From contig CAIRFN010000006.1 of NCBI GenBank assembly GCA_903877885.1, positions 3,342 to 67,341 on the forward strand: a DNA stretch of 64,000 nucleotides, given 5' to 3'. Below are positions 1 through 9,737 of the stretch, piece after piece. Each line of letters starts with the position of its first letter. The stretch's first letter is position 1. Below the pieces are notes generated by a model, which saw nothing but the letters and a program-made list of their open reading frames with translations, made no database searches and was not told the DNA's origin. The position numbers were made by a program, and so were the translations under genes. This DNA is from an uncultured Candidatus Berkelbacteria bacterium. Its GTDB lineage: Bacteria > Patescibacteriota > UBA1384 > UBA12157.

Positions 1-1217
1 TTAACGGTGTCATCACTGAACCTAAAGTTTCCAATCCTAAATTAAGTGGTGTGACATCAAGTAATAATAAATCTTTAACTTCACCAGTCATCACGCCACC
101 TTGAATGCCGGCACCGAGGGCAACGCATTCATCAGGATGGACTTCTTGGCTTGGCTCTTTACCAAAGATTTTTTTAACTGTTTCTTTAATCAAAGGCATG
201 CGGGTTTGACCACCAACTAAAATGACTTCTTTAATATCAGCCATAGAAATTTTGGCTTCTTCAACCACTTTTTTACAAATTCCTTCGGTTTTGCTAATTA
301 ATTCCCCAGTGAGTTGCTCAAGTTTAGCTCTGGTTAATTTTTTAACCAAATGTTTTGGGCCATTGCTATCGGCAGTAATAAATGGCAAATTGATTTCACT
401 TTCCATGTTGGTTGAAAGTTCAATTTTGGCTTTTTCGGCCGCTTCTTTAACCCGTTGCAAAGCCATGGCATCGTTTCGCAAATCGACACCTTCTTCAGCT
501 TTAAAATCATCAACAATCCAGTCCATTAATTTTTGGTCTAAATCATCGCCGCCGAGGTGAGTGTCGCCGCCAGTCGATAAAACTTCAAACACGCCGTCGC
601 CGATATCCAAAACAGTGATGTCGAAAGTTCCGCCACCAAAGTCATAAACCGCGACTTTACCTTCTTTGTGCTTGTCTAAACCATAAGCCAAAGCCGAAGC
701 AGTTGGTTCGTTGATAATGCGCTCGACTTCTAACCCGGCAATCTGGCCGGCATCTTTTGTTGCTTGGCGTTGCGAATCATTAAAATAGGCTGGCACAGTA
801 ATAACCGCTTTGGTCACTTTTTCGCCTAAGTAATTTTCAGCGTCTTTTTTAAGTTTTTCCAAAATAAAAGCCGATATTTCTTGAGGCGTGTATTCTTTAC
901 CTGACATGACGACTTTGACACCTTCGCCAGCGCGAACGATTTTGTAAGGCATCAGTTTGATGTCTTTTTGGACTTCGGCATCGTCAAAATGACGGCCGAT
1001 CAAGCGTTTCACTGAATAGATCGTATTTTCTGGATTAGTGACCGCTTGGCGTTTGGCCAGTTGGCCAACAAGACGTTCACCATTTTTGGCTTGAGCCACA
1101 ATTGATGGACAAATGTTGCCGCCTTCGGCAGTAGGGATAACTTTCGGTTTGCCGCCTTCAACAACGGTCACTACCGAGTTGGTTGTACCTAAATCGATAC
1201 CAATAACTTTACTCATA
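1..1217 (-). CDS. dnaK: Chaperone DnaK (Hsp70), N-terminal ~405 aa; C-terminus lies beyond the window edge
   Basis: Reverse-complement translation from ATG at 1217..1215 gives [16 protein letters not shown]...[18 protein letters not shown], the canonical Hsp70 N-terminus including the GIDLGTT and DxGGGTFD motifs. Not in the ORF track because it runs off the window. Confidence 0.9.
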
Positions 1218-1390
1218 GAAACTCCTCTATTGTGTCATCGCGAGGAGCCGAAGCGACGTGGCGATCTTTAAATTAGATTGCCGCACTCCTTGCGGTCGTT
1301 CGCAATGACTATTAATTTACTTTTATCCTTATATGTAAAGTATACTTTACATTCAAAAAGTTTGTCAAGAGGGCTAATTTATTATTTAGT

Positions 1391-1861
1391 TCAAATACCT
1401 TTACTCACTCTTACTTTTGCCGGTTTGATCACGCGGCCAGCAAATTCCCAACCGCTTTCGGCTTCGGTGATGATGTGATCAGCGGGAATTTCGGCATTTT
1501 CTTCATAGGAAATGGCTTCATGCAAGTTTGGGTTAAACTCGCCGGAAACATCGATTTTTTTAAGTCCTTCTTGGGCCAAAATATCTTCAAGTTGTTTTTC
1601 AATTTGTTTGATGCCGGAAATGGCCGGATCAGTTATGTCTAAATGCTCGAAGGCGCGACCAAAATTATCGAGAACTGGGGTGATTTTAGTTAAAATTTCC
1701 GCTTTGGCAAAATTAATCATGTCCAATTTTTGCGTTTCAGTACGTTTGCGGTAATTATCAAAATCAGCCTGGCAGCGTTGCCAACCTTCCTGAAATTCTT
1801 TCAACTTAATATCAGTTTCTGTTTTTATTTCTTCGTTTGTTTGTTCTTGTTTCTTTTTCAT
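1391..1861 (-). CDS. grpE: Nucleotide exchange factor GrpE
   Basis: 156 aa ORF immediately upstream of dnaK on the same strand. It has the coiled-coil N-terminus and GrpE-like C-terminus (…FDNYRKRTE…LHEAI…GRVIKPAKVRV). Confidence 0.8.
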   Translation of the reverse strand: MKKKQEQTNEEIKTETDIKLKEFQEGWQRCQADFDNYRKRTETQKLDMINFAKAEILTKITPVLDNFGRAFEHLDITDPAISGIKQIEKQLEDILAQEGLKKIDVSGEFNPNLHEAISYEENAEIPADHIITEAESGWEFAGRVIKPAKVRVSKGI

Positions 1862-1932
1862 ATACTAAGTATATCGTAAATTTTTTAGCCTGTAAATACG
1901 AACGTGTTTTAAATAAGTGATACGATGGAATT

Positions 1933-3396
1933 ATGCAAATCGGACGATCGAAATTCACAATCGGAGTCTTGATCGGATTTTTAAGCGGGATTTTTTTAGC
2001 TAACTTTATGCCGATTAATTTATGGTGGATGGCCAGATTTTTGATTGTTTTAATCGTTTTAATGCTGGTTTTCTGGTCTAACATTTTGCGACGCTTAATT
2101 ATCTTTTGTCTTTTGGGATTAGTTTTAGGCTTAAGTTATTTTAAGATTTATGACTTAAGAGCATCTTACCATCAACTTGTCTATGGTCAAAAAATGGCCA
2201 TTTCTGGGCAAATTCAGGAACCACCAAAAATTAAACCAACGCAAATCCAGGCGATAATTAGTTACAATGGCGCGAAAATTTTAGTTAATTTACCACGCTA
2301 CCCGGAATATCAATTTGGTGATATTTTAAGTTTCAAAGGGGAGATTACCGATCCCAAAACCATCAAACCAATCGATAATTTCAATTACGGCCAATATTTG
2401 ATTGGCCAAAACATTCGCGGCTGGGTCAAAAACCCTGACACAGATACGATCACCGTAAGACGACCTCCGAGGTCGTCGAACAGTGTTAAATTCAAAAAAA
2501 CAATTTTTCAAACCAGTCAAAAATTTCAAGAAAGTTTAACTAAAACTTTGCCCGAGCCATATGCTTCGTTTCAAATCGGTTTAATTTTGGGTAATCGCAC
2601 GACGCAAATTCCCGATTCGCTGACATCGGCCTTTAATCGGACTGGTACAACTCATATTATTGCTGTAAGCGGTTACAATATTACCATTATTATTTCTATG
2701 CTCGCACTCTGTTTCGCTTTATTTTCTAGGCGGCTGGCTTTTTGGTTAACCTTAATTTTTATCGGTATTTTTATTGTGATGACCGGCGCCTCCGCTTCGG
2801 TAGTGCGCGCCGGAATTTTAGGCGGCTTGGTCGCTTGGGGCAGGTTAGAAGGCCGGCGGATTAATCATTTGATTCTACTTTTATTCGTGACATTCATCAT
2901 GTTACTTTTTAATCCTTACCAAATTCACACCGATGCTTCATTCCAATTATCGTTTCTAGCTTTTGCTGGATTAATTTATGTTTCGCCAATGATCCAAAAC
3001 TTTAGAATCGTTTCAAAATTACCAGAAACCATTCGTGCGGTTTTTTCTGAAACCATGGGTGCGCAAATCGCTTGCTTTCCAATTCTAGTTTATAATTTCG
3101 GCATTATCTCTCTGGTGGCACCAATCGTAAATTGTTTAATCTTGCCTTTTGTGCCACTTTCAATGTTGTTAGGATTTATCGCCGGTATTGGTGGTATGAT
3201 TTGGCTTAAACTTGGTCAGTTGTTGGCTGATATCGCTTGGATAATATTAAAGTATATAATAGTTGTAGAGACCTATTTTTCCCAAATTTCTTGGGCAGCG
3301 ATTTCTTTCAAAACCGCCGAGTGGTTCTGGATACCGATTTATTATGTGGTGATTATTTTATTAATTAATAATAATCATGAAAAATCTAAGATCTAG
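1933..3396 (+). CDS. comEC: ComEC/Rec2 DNA internalization channel, N-terminal membrane part (DUF4131 + competence domain)
   Basis: 487 aa polytopic membrane ORF with the ComEC-type motif region ...FNRTGTTHIIAVSGYNI...; followed in a different frame by the MBL domain ORF. Confidence 0.65.
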   Translation: MQIGRSKFTIGVLIGFLSGIFLANFMPINLWWMARFLIVLIVLMLVFWSNILRRLIIFCLLGLVLGLSYFKIYDLRASYHQLVYGQKMAISGQIQEPPKIKPTQIQAIISYNGAKILVNLPRYPEYQFGDILSFKGEITDPKTIKPIDNFNYGQYLIGQNIRGWVKNPDTDTITVRRPPRSSNSVKFKKTIFQTSQKFQESLTKTLPEPYASFQIGLILGNRTTQIPDSLTSAFNRTGTTHIIAVSGYNITIIISMLALCFALFSRRLAFWLTLIFIGIFIVMTGASASVVRAGILGGLVAWGRLEGRRINHLILLLFVTFIMLLFNPYQIHTDASFQLSFLAFAGLIYVSPMIQNFRIVSKLPETIRAVFSETMGAQIACFPILVYNFGIISLVAPIVNCLILPFVPLSMLLGFIAGIGGMIWLKLGQLLADIAWIILKYIIVVETYFSQISWAAISFKTAEWFWIPIYYVVIILLINNNHEKSKI

Positions 3397-4237
3397 ATTA
3401 CAACTTATCTTTACTTCTTTAATTATTTTGGCCATAATCGTTTGGGCTGGCGTTTTTAGTTCTTACAAAGCTGATTCGGCGAGCAACTTGAAAATTTATT
3501 TTCTAAATGTCGGGCAAGGCGATAGCGAATATATTAAATTACCATATGGTCAAGATATTTTAATCGATGGCGGCCCGGATAATTCGGTTCTTTCAGAACT
3601 CGGAAAAGTGATGGCTTTTGGCGATCGCGAAATCAATTTAGTGGTTTTAACCCATCCGCATGCTGATCATATTTCTGGCTTAGTCGAAGTTTTAAAGCGC
3701 TATAAGGTCGATGAGGTCTGGGAAAGCGGGGTAGACTATCCGTCATCTGTTTATGATACTTGGAAAACAGAAATTTCAGCTCAAAAAATTCCCGATCAAT
3801 TTGTGACAATTGGTACTCAAAAAACCTTTGATAATATTAATTTTAAGGTTCTCTATCCCCTGTCTAGCTTAAAAAATTCTAAAATAGATAATGCGAATAA
3901 CGCTTCGGTCGTGACCGAACTGGATTTTAACCAATTTTCTGCTCTTTTTACCGGCGATTTGGAAAAAACCGTTCAACCGGAAATTTATGATAAACTTCAT
4001 GCCGTAACAGTTTTAAAAGTCGACCACCACGGTTCGACTAATGGCACTGATGATAATTGGCTGAAAATTCTGCGTCCGGCCGTTGCTGTGATCGAAGTCG
4101 GATATAATAATACTTATGGTCATCCGGCGCCTTCAACCATCGATTTACTTAAAAGCTATGCCGCTCAAATTTACCGTACCGATCAAGACGGCACAATTGA
4201 AATCGAATCTGATGGTGTCAATTGGGTTGTTAAATAA
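3377..4237 (+). CDS. ComEC C-terminal metallo-beta-lactamase domain protein (separate ORF, 20-nt overlap with the upstream ORF)
   Basis: 286 aa with an N-terminal TM helix, then VLTHPHADHISG (HxHxDH MBL motif) and DHHGS; domain order matches the C-terminal part of ComEC. Confidence 0.65.
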   Translation: MKNLRSRLQLIFTSLIILAIIVWAGVFSSYKADSASNLKIYFLNVGQGDSEYIKLPYGQDILIDGGPDNSVLSELGKVMAFGDREINLVVLTHPHADHISGLVEVLKRYKVDEVWESGVDYPSSVYDTWKTEISAQKIPDQFVTIGTQKTFDNINFKVLYPLSSLKNSKIDNANNASVVTELDFNQFSALFTGDLEKTVQPEIYDKLHAVTVLKVDHHGSTNGTDDNWLKILRPAVAVIEVGYNNTYGHPAPSTIDLLKSYAAQIYRTDQDGTIEIESDGVNWVVK

Positions 4238-4268
4238 AAAAATGTTAAAATAAAATAAAGGAGAAAAA

Positions 4269-4850
4269 ATGGATTTTTTAATTTATGCTAACCAAGAAAG
4301 AGTAACCAAGTTGCTTCTAGCTGTTATACCGGTAACAGTGCTAATTTATTTTTTTACTTATCAATTTTCCAAATGGTTTTTCAACGAACTTATCAAACAA
4401 AAGTTTTCTTTTGGTCAATTTTTCCAAATATTATTAATGATTGGTCTGATTTTAACTTCTATTGTTCTTACTTTAGTTATTGCAATTTACTTATATCGAT
4501 CGTTTCGGCCAACGCCGCTTTTGACTTTAAAAAACGACCAGCTTATTTGGCAAGATATTTTTTACAAAAAAGAAATAACTTTCGAAAGCATTAAAAACGC
4601 TCAAATTAAAACAGAAAATATTAGTACGAGTAGTGAAGGATATTATCCAACTTATGCTAATTTTCTAAAAATTAATTATTCTCAAAATGGAAAGAATAAA
4701 GTTTATGATATTCCTATGATTAATCTAAGTGTCAAACTTGAAGATTTAACAGCCGCTTTAACAACCAGAGGTATTTTGGTGACCGTTAATCAGAATAGTA
4801 TTGATGAAGCTAAGAACGAAAAATGGCCTCATCAAAATTTTGGTAATTAA
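4269..4850 (+). CDS. Hypothetical membrane protein
   Basis: 193 aa ORF with two predicted N-terminal TM helices and an RBS-like GGAG upstream; no recognisable domain. Confidence 0.4.
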   Translation: MDFLIYANQERVTKLLLAVIPVTVLIYFFTYQFSKWFFNELIKQKFSFGQFFQILLMIGLILTSIVLTLVIAIYLYRSFRPTPLLTLKNDQLIWQDIFYKKEITFESIKNAQIKTENISTSSEGYYPTYANFLKINYSQNGKNKVYDIPMINLSVKLEDLTAALTTRGILVTVNQNSIDEAKNEKWPHQNFGN

Positions 4851-4938
4851 ATAAAATAAAGTCAGTTAAATTTATTAATTCTTTCAAGGAGTCCGATGGT
4901 TTTGATTAGTGGATTAAGGCTAATCTACAGCTCAAACT

Positions 4939-5298
4939 TTAGTTTGCTTTTACGATATTTTCGTCAACAATCTTAATTACAAACCAAGCTACAACAAAAG
5001 CAATGGCCGCTGATATCAAATCTACAAATAACATTAGACTGACGATACCAGTGAGAACAATCCCCAGAATAGTCATTGTCGTAGGCTTATGCTTATACAT
5101 TTTAATAAATAAAGCCATAATAATTCCTGGATTTATAAAAGCAATTATAGCTGATATAATACCGATAATAACTAAACCTAAAAGAGATTTATCTGAGTAT
5201 TCGCCGGCCATAGTAAATAGTGTCATAAACAAAAATAATGGCTGCAAGATAAGAAGTGCCCAGGCCCAAACTTTTGCTTTTTCATAACTAATTTTCAT
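4939..5298 (-). CDS. Hypothetical small polytopic membrane protein
   Basis: 119 aa, strongly hydrophobic; abuts the downstream minus-strand ORF. Confidence 0.35.
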   Translation of the reverse strand: MKISYEKAKVWAWALLILQPLFLFMTLFTMAGEYSDKSLLGLVIIGIISAIIAFINPGIIMALFIKMYKHKPTTMTILGIVLTGIVSLMLFVDLISAAIAFVVAWFVIKIVDENIVKAN

Positions 5299-5300
5299 TT

Positions 5301-5897
5301 TTAATTCTCCCAGGCATCAGGATTTTTATCGACTTGGATGCCAATATCAGCAACTTTATTTTGGCCATTTTCTTTAATCACAACTAAGCTAAAAATCGAA
5401 GGTACCGTACCAGCAGTGAATTTTTTTCGAAAAAGAATTTGTGGTTCGTTTGTTTTTGGATCTTTGCTAACAGTGACAAAAGGATTTTCGTCAAATTTGG
5501 CAGTTTGGAAAATATCCGAATAATTTTTAATATATTCTTTAAAATTTTCATTCTTGTATTTTTCTTTGTAAGAAGTCGAAAGTAGCGTTTCTAATTCAGT
5601 TACATCATTAGCTTTAATTTTCGTAATAAAGTCCTCACAAAAAGGTTTCATCGCATCAGCTTGATTGCTTAAATCTAAAGAGTTAGAAATGTCATCACTT
5701 TGAGAAACGTTGGTATAGTTTGGTCCTGTTGGCATCATTTTAACTTCCTTACTAGTAATAACCGCGCCGATGATCATTAAAATAATAAAAATTCCAATGA
5801 TTGATCCAATCGGAATAACAATCCAAAGCCACCAGCGTTTTGGTTTAGTCTGGGCTGGTTGTGCTTGTTCTGGTTTTTGTTCTGTTAGATTTTCCAT
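5301..5897 (-). CDS. Hypothetical membrane-anchored protein
   Basis: 198 aa; N-terminal Pro/Gln-rich region then a single TM helix. Confidence 0.4.
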   Translation of the reverse strand: MENLTEQKPEQAQPAQTKPKRWWLWIVIPIGSIIGIFIILMIIGAVITSKEVKMMPTGPNYTNVSQSDDISNSLDLSNQADAMKPFCEDFITKIKANDVTELETLLSTSYKEKYKNENFKEYIKNYSDIFQTAKFDENPFVTVSKDPKTNEPQILFRKKFTAGTVPSIFSLVVIKENGQNKVADIGIQVDKNPDAWEN

Positions 5898-6008
5898 TTT
5901 CTCCTTTTTTCTCCTTTTTAATTTACTTTAATTATAAATCATTAGTAAACACTGGTCAAAGGAAAAAAATGATGGTATATTAGCATTAGATTCAAAGAGG
6001 AATAAAAT

Positions 6009-6749
6009 ATGTCAGGACATTCAAAATGGTCTAAAATTAAACGGGCAAAAGGTGCGAGCGATGTTAAGCGCAGCGCTTCTTTTTCTAAATTAGCCAATGC
6101 CATTATCGTTGCCGCCAAAAATGGCGGCGGCAATCCGGATTCAAATTTCAGTTTAAAAATGGCGATGGATAAGGCTCGTGTTGGTTTAATGCCTAAAGAT
6201 AATATTGAGCGAGCAATTAAGCGCGGCACAGGCGAATTGGGTGGTGCGGTGGTGGAAGAAGCTTTGTATGAAGCGATTGGCCCAGATGGCACCGGTATCT
6301 TAATCGAGGCGGCTACTGACAATAAAAATCGGACAACTCCAGATATTAAAAATACTCTAAATAAATTTAATGCTAAATTTGCTTCGGCCGGCGCAGTGGC
6401 TTATCAGTTTAATAAACTAGGTAAAATCGTTGTGGATTTAACTAACCATGATCGCGAAGAGGTAGAACTGATGGCGATTGACGCTGGTAGCGAAGATTTT
6501 GCTGAATATGATGAAGATTTGGCGATTTTTACCAAACCAACCGAACTCGATCAGGTCCGAAAATCACTCGAAGCCCAAGGGTTGGTGATTAAAGAAGTCG
6601 GACTTTCTTGGGAACCAAAAGATCTAATTACGATTGAAAATAAAGACGTGGCCGATAAATTAATGAATTTAGTAGAAACTCTGGAAGAACTAGATGATGT
6701 GACGGCTGTTCATATTAACTTTGATATTCATGAAAAATTGTTAGATTAG
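6009..6749 (+). CDS. yebC: YebC/PmpR family DNA-binding transcriptional regulator
   Basis: N-terminus MSGHSKWSKIKRAKG and overall 246 aa are typical of the YebC (DUF28) family; conserved ruvC neighbour. Confidence 0.9.
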   Translation: MSGHSKWSKIKRAKGASDVKRSASFSKLANAIIVAAKNGGGNPDSNFSLKMAMDKARVGLMPKDNIERAIKRGTGELGGAVVEEALYEAIGPDGTGILIEAATDNKNRTTPDIKNTLNKFNAKFASAGAVAYQFNKLGKIVVDLTNHDREEVELMAIDAGSEDFAEYDEDLAIFTKPTELDQVRKSLEAQGLVIKEVGLSWEPKDLITIENKDVADKLMNLVETLEELDDVTAVHINFDIHEKLLD

Positions 6750-6779
6750 CGTTTGCTATAAAATATTAAGGAGTGGAAT

Positions 6780-7292
6780 TTGAGAATACTCGGAATTGAT
6801 CCTGGGACGGCTCGATGTGGTTGGGGTGTCATTGATGTTAGCAAGCATGATGGCAGAGTTACCTATGTCAAACACGGTTGTATTGAAAGCGACAAAATGA
6901 TTAATACTCAAGACAGATTGGTTAAAGTCCATCGCAATATTTGTGATTTAATTCAAGAATACAAACCAGATCAAGTTTCGCTGGAGCTTTTGTTTATGTT
7001 TAATAATCAGAAAACCGTGATGAAAATCTCTGAAGCCCGCGGGGTAATTTTGCTGGCTTGCGGCCAAAATGGGCTTAAAGACCAAACTTATGAATATACA
7101 CCGGGCCAGGTAAAATTAGCGGTGACTGGTTCAGGTCGGGCGGATAAAAAGTTGGTTGTTGAAGAGGTAAAAAAAGCTTTTCCAGAAGCGGCGGTGAGTT
7201 CCGGTAAAAAAGATGGCTTTGATGATGCGGCTGATGCTTTAGCTGTAGCTATGGCTCGCTTTCACAAATATATTGAAGAAGAAATAAAGTAA
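6780..7292 (+). CDS. ruvC: Crossover junction endodeoxyribonuclease RuvC
   Basis: MRILGIDPGTARCGWGVID N-terminus (RuvC catalytic Asp motif), 170 aa, directly downstream of yebC as in many bacteria. Confidence 0.9.
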   Translation: MRILGIDPGTARCGWGVIDVSKHDGRVTYVKHGCIESDKMINTQDRLVKVHRNICDLIQEYKPDQVSLELLFMFNNQKTVMKISEARGVILLACGQNGLKDQTYEYTPGQVKLAVTGSGRADKKLVVEEVKKAFPEAAVSSGKKDGFDDAADALAVAMARFHKYIEEEIK

Positions 7293-7392
7293 TTAGATAA
7301 TTCAGAATTCATAATTTTATATTGAGAATTAATACAATAATTCATCATTCTGCATTATGCATTAAATAATTTAACCGACAAAGGAGGTTATT

Positions 7393-8364
7393 TTGCCTAA
7401 ACTTAGACAAAATATTGTGACCAGCGAATGGGTAGTAATTTCACCAGAACGATCAAAACGACCAGAAGATTATGTCATGGCCGCCGCGCCAAAACACGGT
7501 ATTCCGGCTGATTGCCCTTTTTGTATCGACAATGCCAATGCTTATCAATTTAGTATTAAAGAAGCGGAAACCGAAAATATCTACGTTATTCCCAATAAAT
7601 ATCCGGCTTTTGTGCACGATGACAGTATTATTTCCGAAGGCGACGGTTTTTATGAAGACACCAAAAGTATTGGTGGCCATGAAGTGATGGTGATTAAAAA
7701 ACATGATCAAGATATTTTTGATGATGGTAAAGCGATTATTGAAGAATTAATCGGTGTCTATCAAAGCCGTTATTTACATTATGCCGAGGATCCGACCAAT
7801 GAATATACGATGATTATTCATAATCATGGTCCAGAATCTGGCGCTTCGATTGAGCATCCGCACTCGCAACTTTTTTCTTCAGCGGTGATGCCTAGTTATA
7901 TTAAAAGAGAACTTGATGGCGCGAAAAAATATTTTGATGAGAATCAAAAATGCGTTTTTTGTGAAATTAATCGTGAAGAAAAAGAAAGCGGCTATCGCTT
8001 AGTTTATGAAAACGATCAGTTTATGGTTTACACTTTTTTTGCTTCGCGTTTTCCTTTTGAAATGTGGATCAGTCCGAAAAAACATCAATCAAATTTTGAA
8101 AAAATTAATGACGAAGAAAAAAAACTTTTAGCCGAAGCCTTACATCATGCGATTAAAAAATTAAACAAAGCTTTGAACTTTCCACCCTTTAATTTTTGGA
8201 TCCATACTAATCCTCATCATCAAGAAGAAACCAGCGAATTCTATCATTGGCATATTGAAATTGCCCCACGGGTTAGTAAATTCGGGGGTTATGAACTTGG
8301 TTCGGGCACAGTTATTGACGTTGTCAGTCCGGAAATCGCCGCTCAATTTTTAAAGAAAGATTAA
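7393..8364 (+). CDS. Galactose-1-phosphate uridylyltransferase-like (GalT/HIT superfamily)
   Basis: CPFC zinc motif near the N-terminus and the HPHSQ (HxHxQ) active-site motif; 323 aa; sits upstream of the glycosyltransferase cluster. Confidence 0.7.
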   Translation: MPKLRQNIVTSEWVVISPERSKRPEDYVMAAAPKHGIPADCPFCIDNANAYQFSIKEAETENIYVIPNKYPAFVHDDSIISEGDGFYEDTKSIGGHEVMVIKKHDQDIFDDGKAIIEELIGVYQSRYLHYAEDPTNEYTMIIHNHGPESGASIEHPHSQLFSSAVMPSYIKRELDGAKKYFDENQKCVFCEINREEKESGYRLVYENDQFMVYTFFASRFPFEMWISPKKHQSNFEKINDEEKKLLAEALHHAIKKLNKALNFPPFNFWIHTNPHHQEETSEFYHWHIEIAPRVSKFGGYELGSGTVIDVVSPEIAAQFLKKD

Positions 8365-8427
8365 ACTTTACTCAATCGCTTGATTATTAAGGCAAATTAG
8401 CGTATAATCAGGTAAAGTAAGGTCTTA

Positions 8428-9726
8428 ATGAACAGAAAAATACGAGTTTTACTATTATTAAAATTTCCGCTCTATGGTGGCGGAAGTGGTGCTTTCACTC
8501 GTCGGCTGGCTCAAAAATTAGTTGAGACCGGCCGTTTTGACGTTGCCATTGCCGCGCCAGACAAACGCCAAATTCCAGGGATTAAAGTTTACCAAATTAA
8601 ACCAGCCTTTAAAGCGGTTTTTGAAAGCCATCCTGAATGGAAGCGGGCAGTTAAATATAGTGAACTAACTAGTCCAGAATTTAATCGCCAATATCTTTCT
8701 TTTATGAAGGCAATTACGGCTGTAGTTGAGGATTTTAGACCAGATGTTATTCATGTTAATCATGCCCATTTTTTAACTTGGCTGGCTTCCTTTATTAAAT
8801 CTATTTTTGGTATTACCTTTATTGTTTCGGTCCATGGCACAGATATTTACAATACCACTATTGATCGCCGATATTTGGTTTTGCTTCGACAAGCTGTGGA
8901 ACGGGCCGAGCAAATTATTGCGGTTTCACCGCATACTAAAAAATGGTTTTTGAAAGTTTGCGGTAAAAAATTAGCCAAAAAAACCCGAACTATTACTCAC
9001 GCGATAAATGCTGAAACATATGCTATTGAACCAGAAAATTTAACTATTGATGAAAAATATAAGCTTAAAGGTAAAAAATTAGTTTTATTTGTTGGCCGTT
9101 TAACTCGGGAAAAAGGCGTCGAATATTTAATTAAAGCAGCTAAAGATATTCAGGCCGAGATTTTTATTATTGGTGATGGCGTGCGCAAAGATTATCTGGT
9201 TAATTATGCAAAATTGATTGAGACTAAAAATGTCCGTTTTTTGGGTTATTTTGGCAAGAAAAATGCTGATTATTTGAAAGAATTTTATCATCGAGCTGAC
9301 GTTTTAGTTTTGCCTTCGGTTGTTGATGAATCTTTGGGCCTAGTAGTTTTGGAAGCGATGGCTGCTAAAACGCCAGTGGTTGCTTCTAATAAAGGTGGTA
9401 TTCCTTTAGTTATTAAAGATGGCTATAATGGGTTTTTAATTCGAGCCCGTAGTCCTAAAGCAATTTACGAATCAGTCAACAAGATTTTGCAAAACGAAAA
9501 ATTAGCGCAAAGATTAGGTCAAAATGCTTACAAAACAGTGATCGAAAAATTTGACTGGAATGTGGTGGTGCCACAGTTTGAATCGGTTTATAATAAAGCT
9601 GCGGAGATGACTAAAAAATTGCAGTCCAACTTAAAGAAATCTATTTTCGACCGCGAAGATTTGGTTCGCGAACAAATCGAACTTAAAGAAAAAATCGATT
9701 ACGATATTAATGTATTCGATAGTTAA
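8428..9726 (+). CDS. Glycosyltransferase family 4 (GT-B, group 1)
   Basis: 432 aa; C-terminal ...LPSVVDESLGLVVLEAMAAKTPVVASNKGGIPLVIKDGYNGFL typical of GT4 E-x7-E enzymes. Confidence 0.75.
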   Translation: MNRKIRVLLLLKFPLYGGGSGAFTRRLAQKLVETGRFDVAIAAPDKRQIPGIKVYQIKPAFKAVFESHPEWKRAVKYSELTSPEFNRQYLSFMKAITAVVEDFRPDVIHVNHAHFLTWLASFIKSIFGITFIVSVHGTDIYNTTIDRRYLVLLRQAVERAEQIIAVSPHTKKWFLKVCGKKLAKKTRTITHAINAETYAIEPENLTIDEKYKLKGKKLVLFVGRLTREKGVEYLIKAAKDIQAEIFIIGDGVRKDYLVNYAKLIETKNVRFLGYFGKKNADYLKEFYHRADVLVLPSVVDESLGLVVLEAMAAKTPVVASNKGGIPLVIKDGYNGFLIRARSPKAIYESVNKILQNEKLAQRLGQNAYKTVIEKFDWNVVVPQFESVYNKAAEMTKKLQSNLKKSIFDREDLVREQIELKEKIDYDINVFDS

Positions 9727-9737
9727 AAAGGAGGAAC

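Noticed and set aside
222-560. Plus-strand ORFs (222..560 and antisense 334..516) inside the dnaK region
   Set aside because: They lie antisense or out of frame within the clearly conserved minus-strand dnaK coding sequence. They have no RBS or motifs.
1218-1390. CIRCE/HrcA operator upstream of dnaK
   Set aside because: No TTAGCACTC-N9-GAGTGCTAA-like sequence is present. Only the unrelated TGTAAAGTATACTTTACA palindrome was found and is reported separately.
1278-1754. Plus-strand ORFs 1278..1478 and 1512..1754
   Set aside because: They overlap grpE on the opposite strand. They are low-complexity with no start context, so likely spurious.
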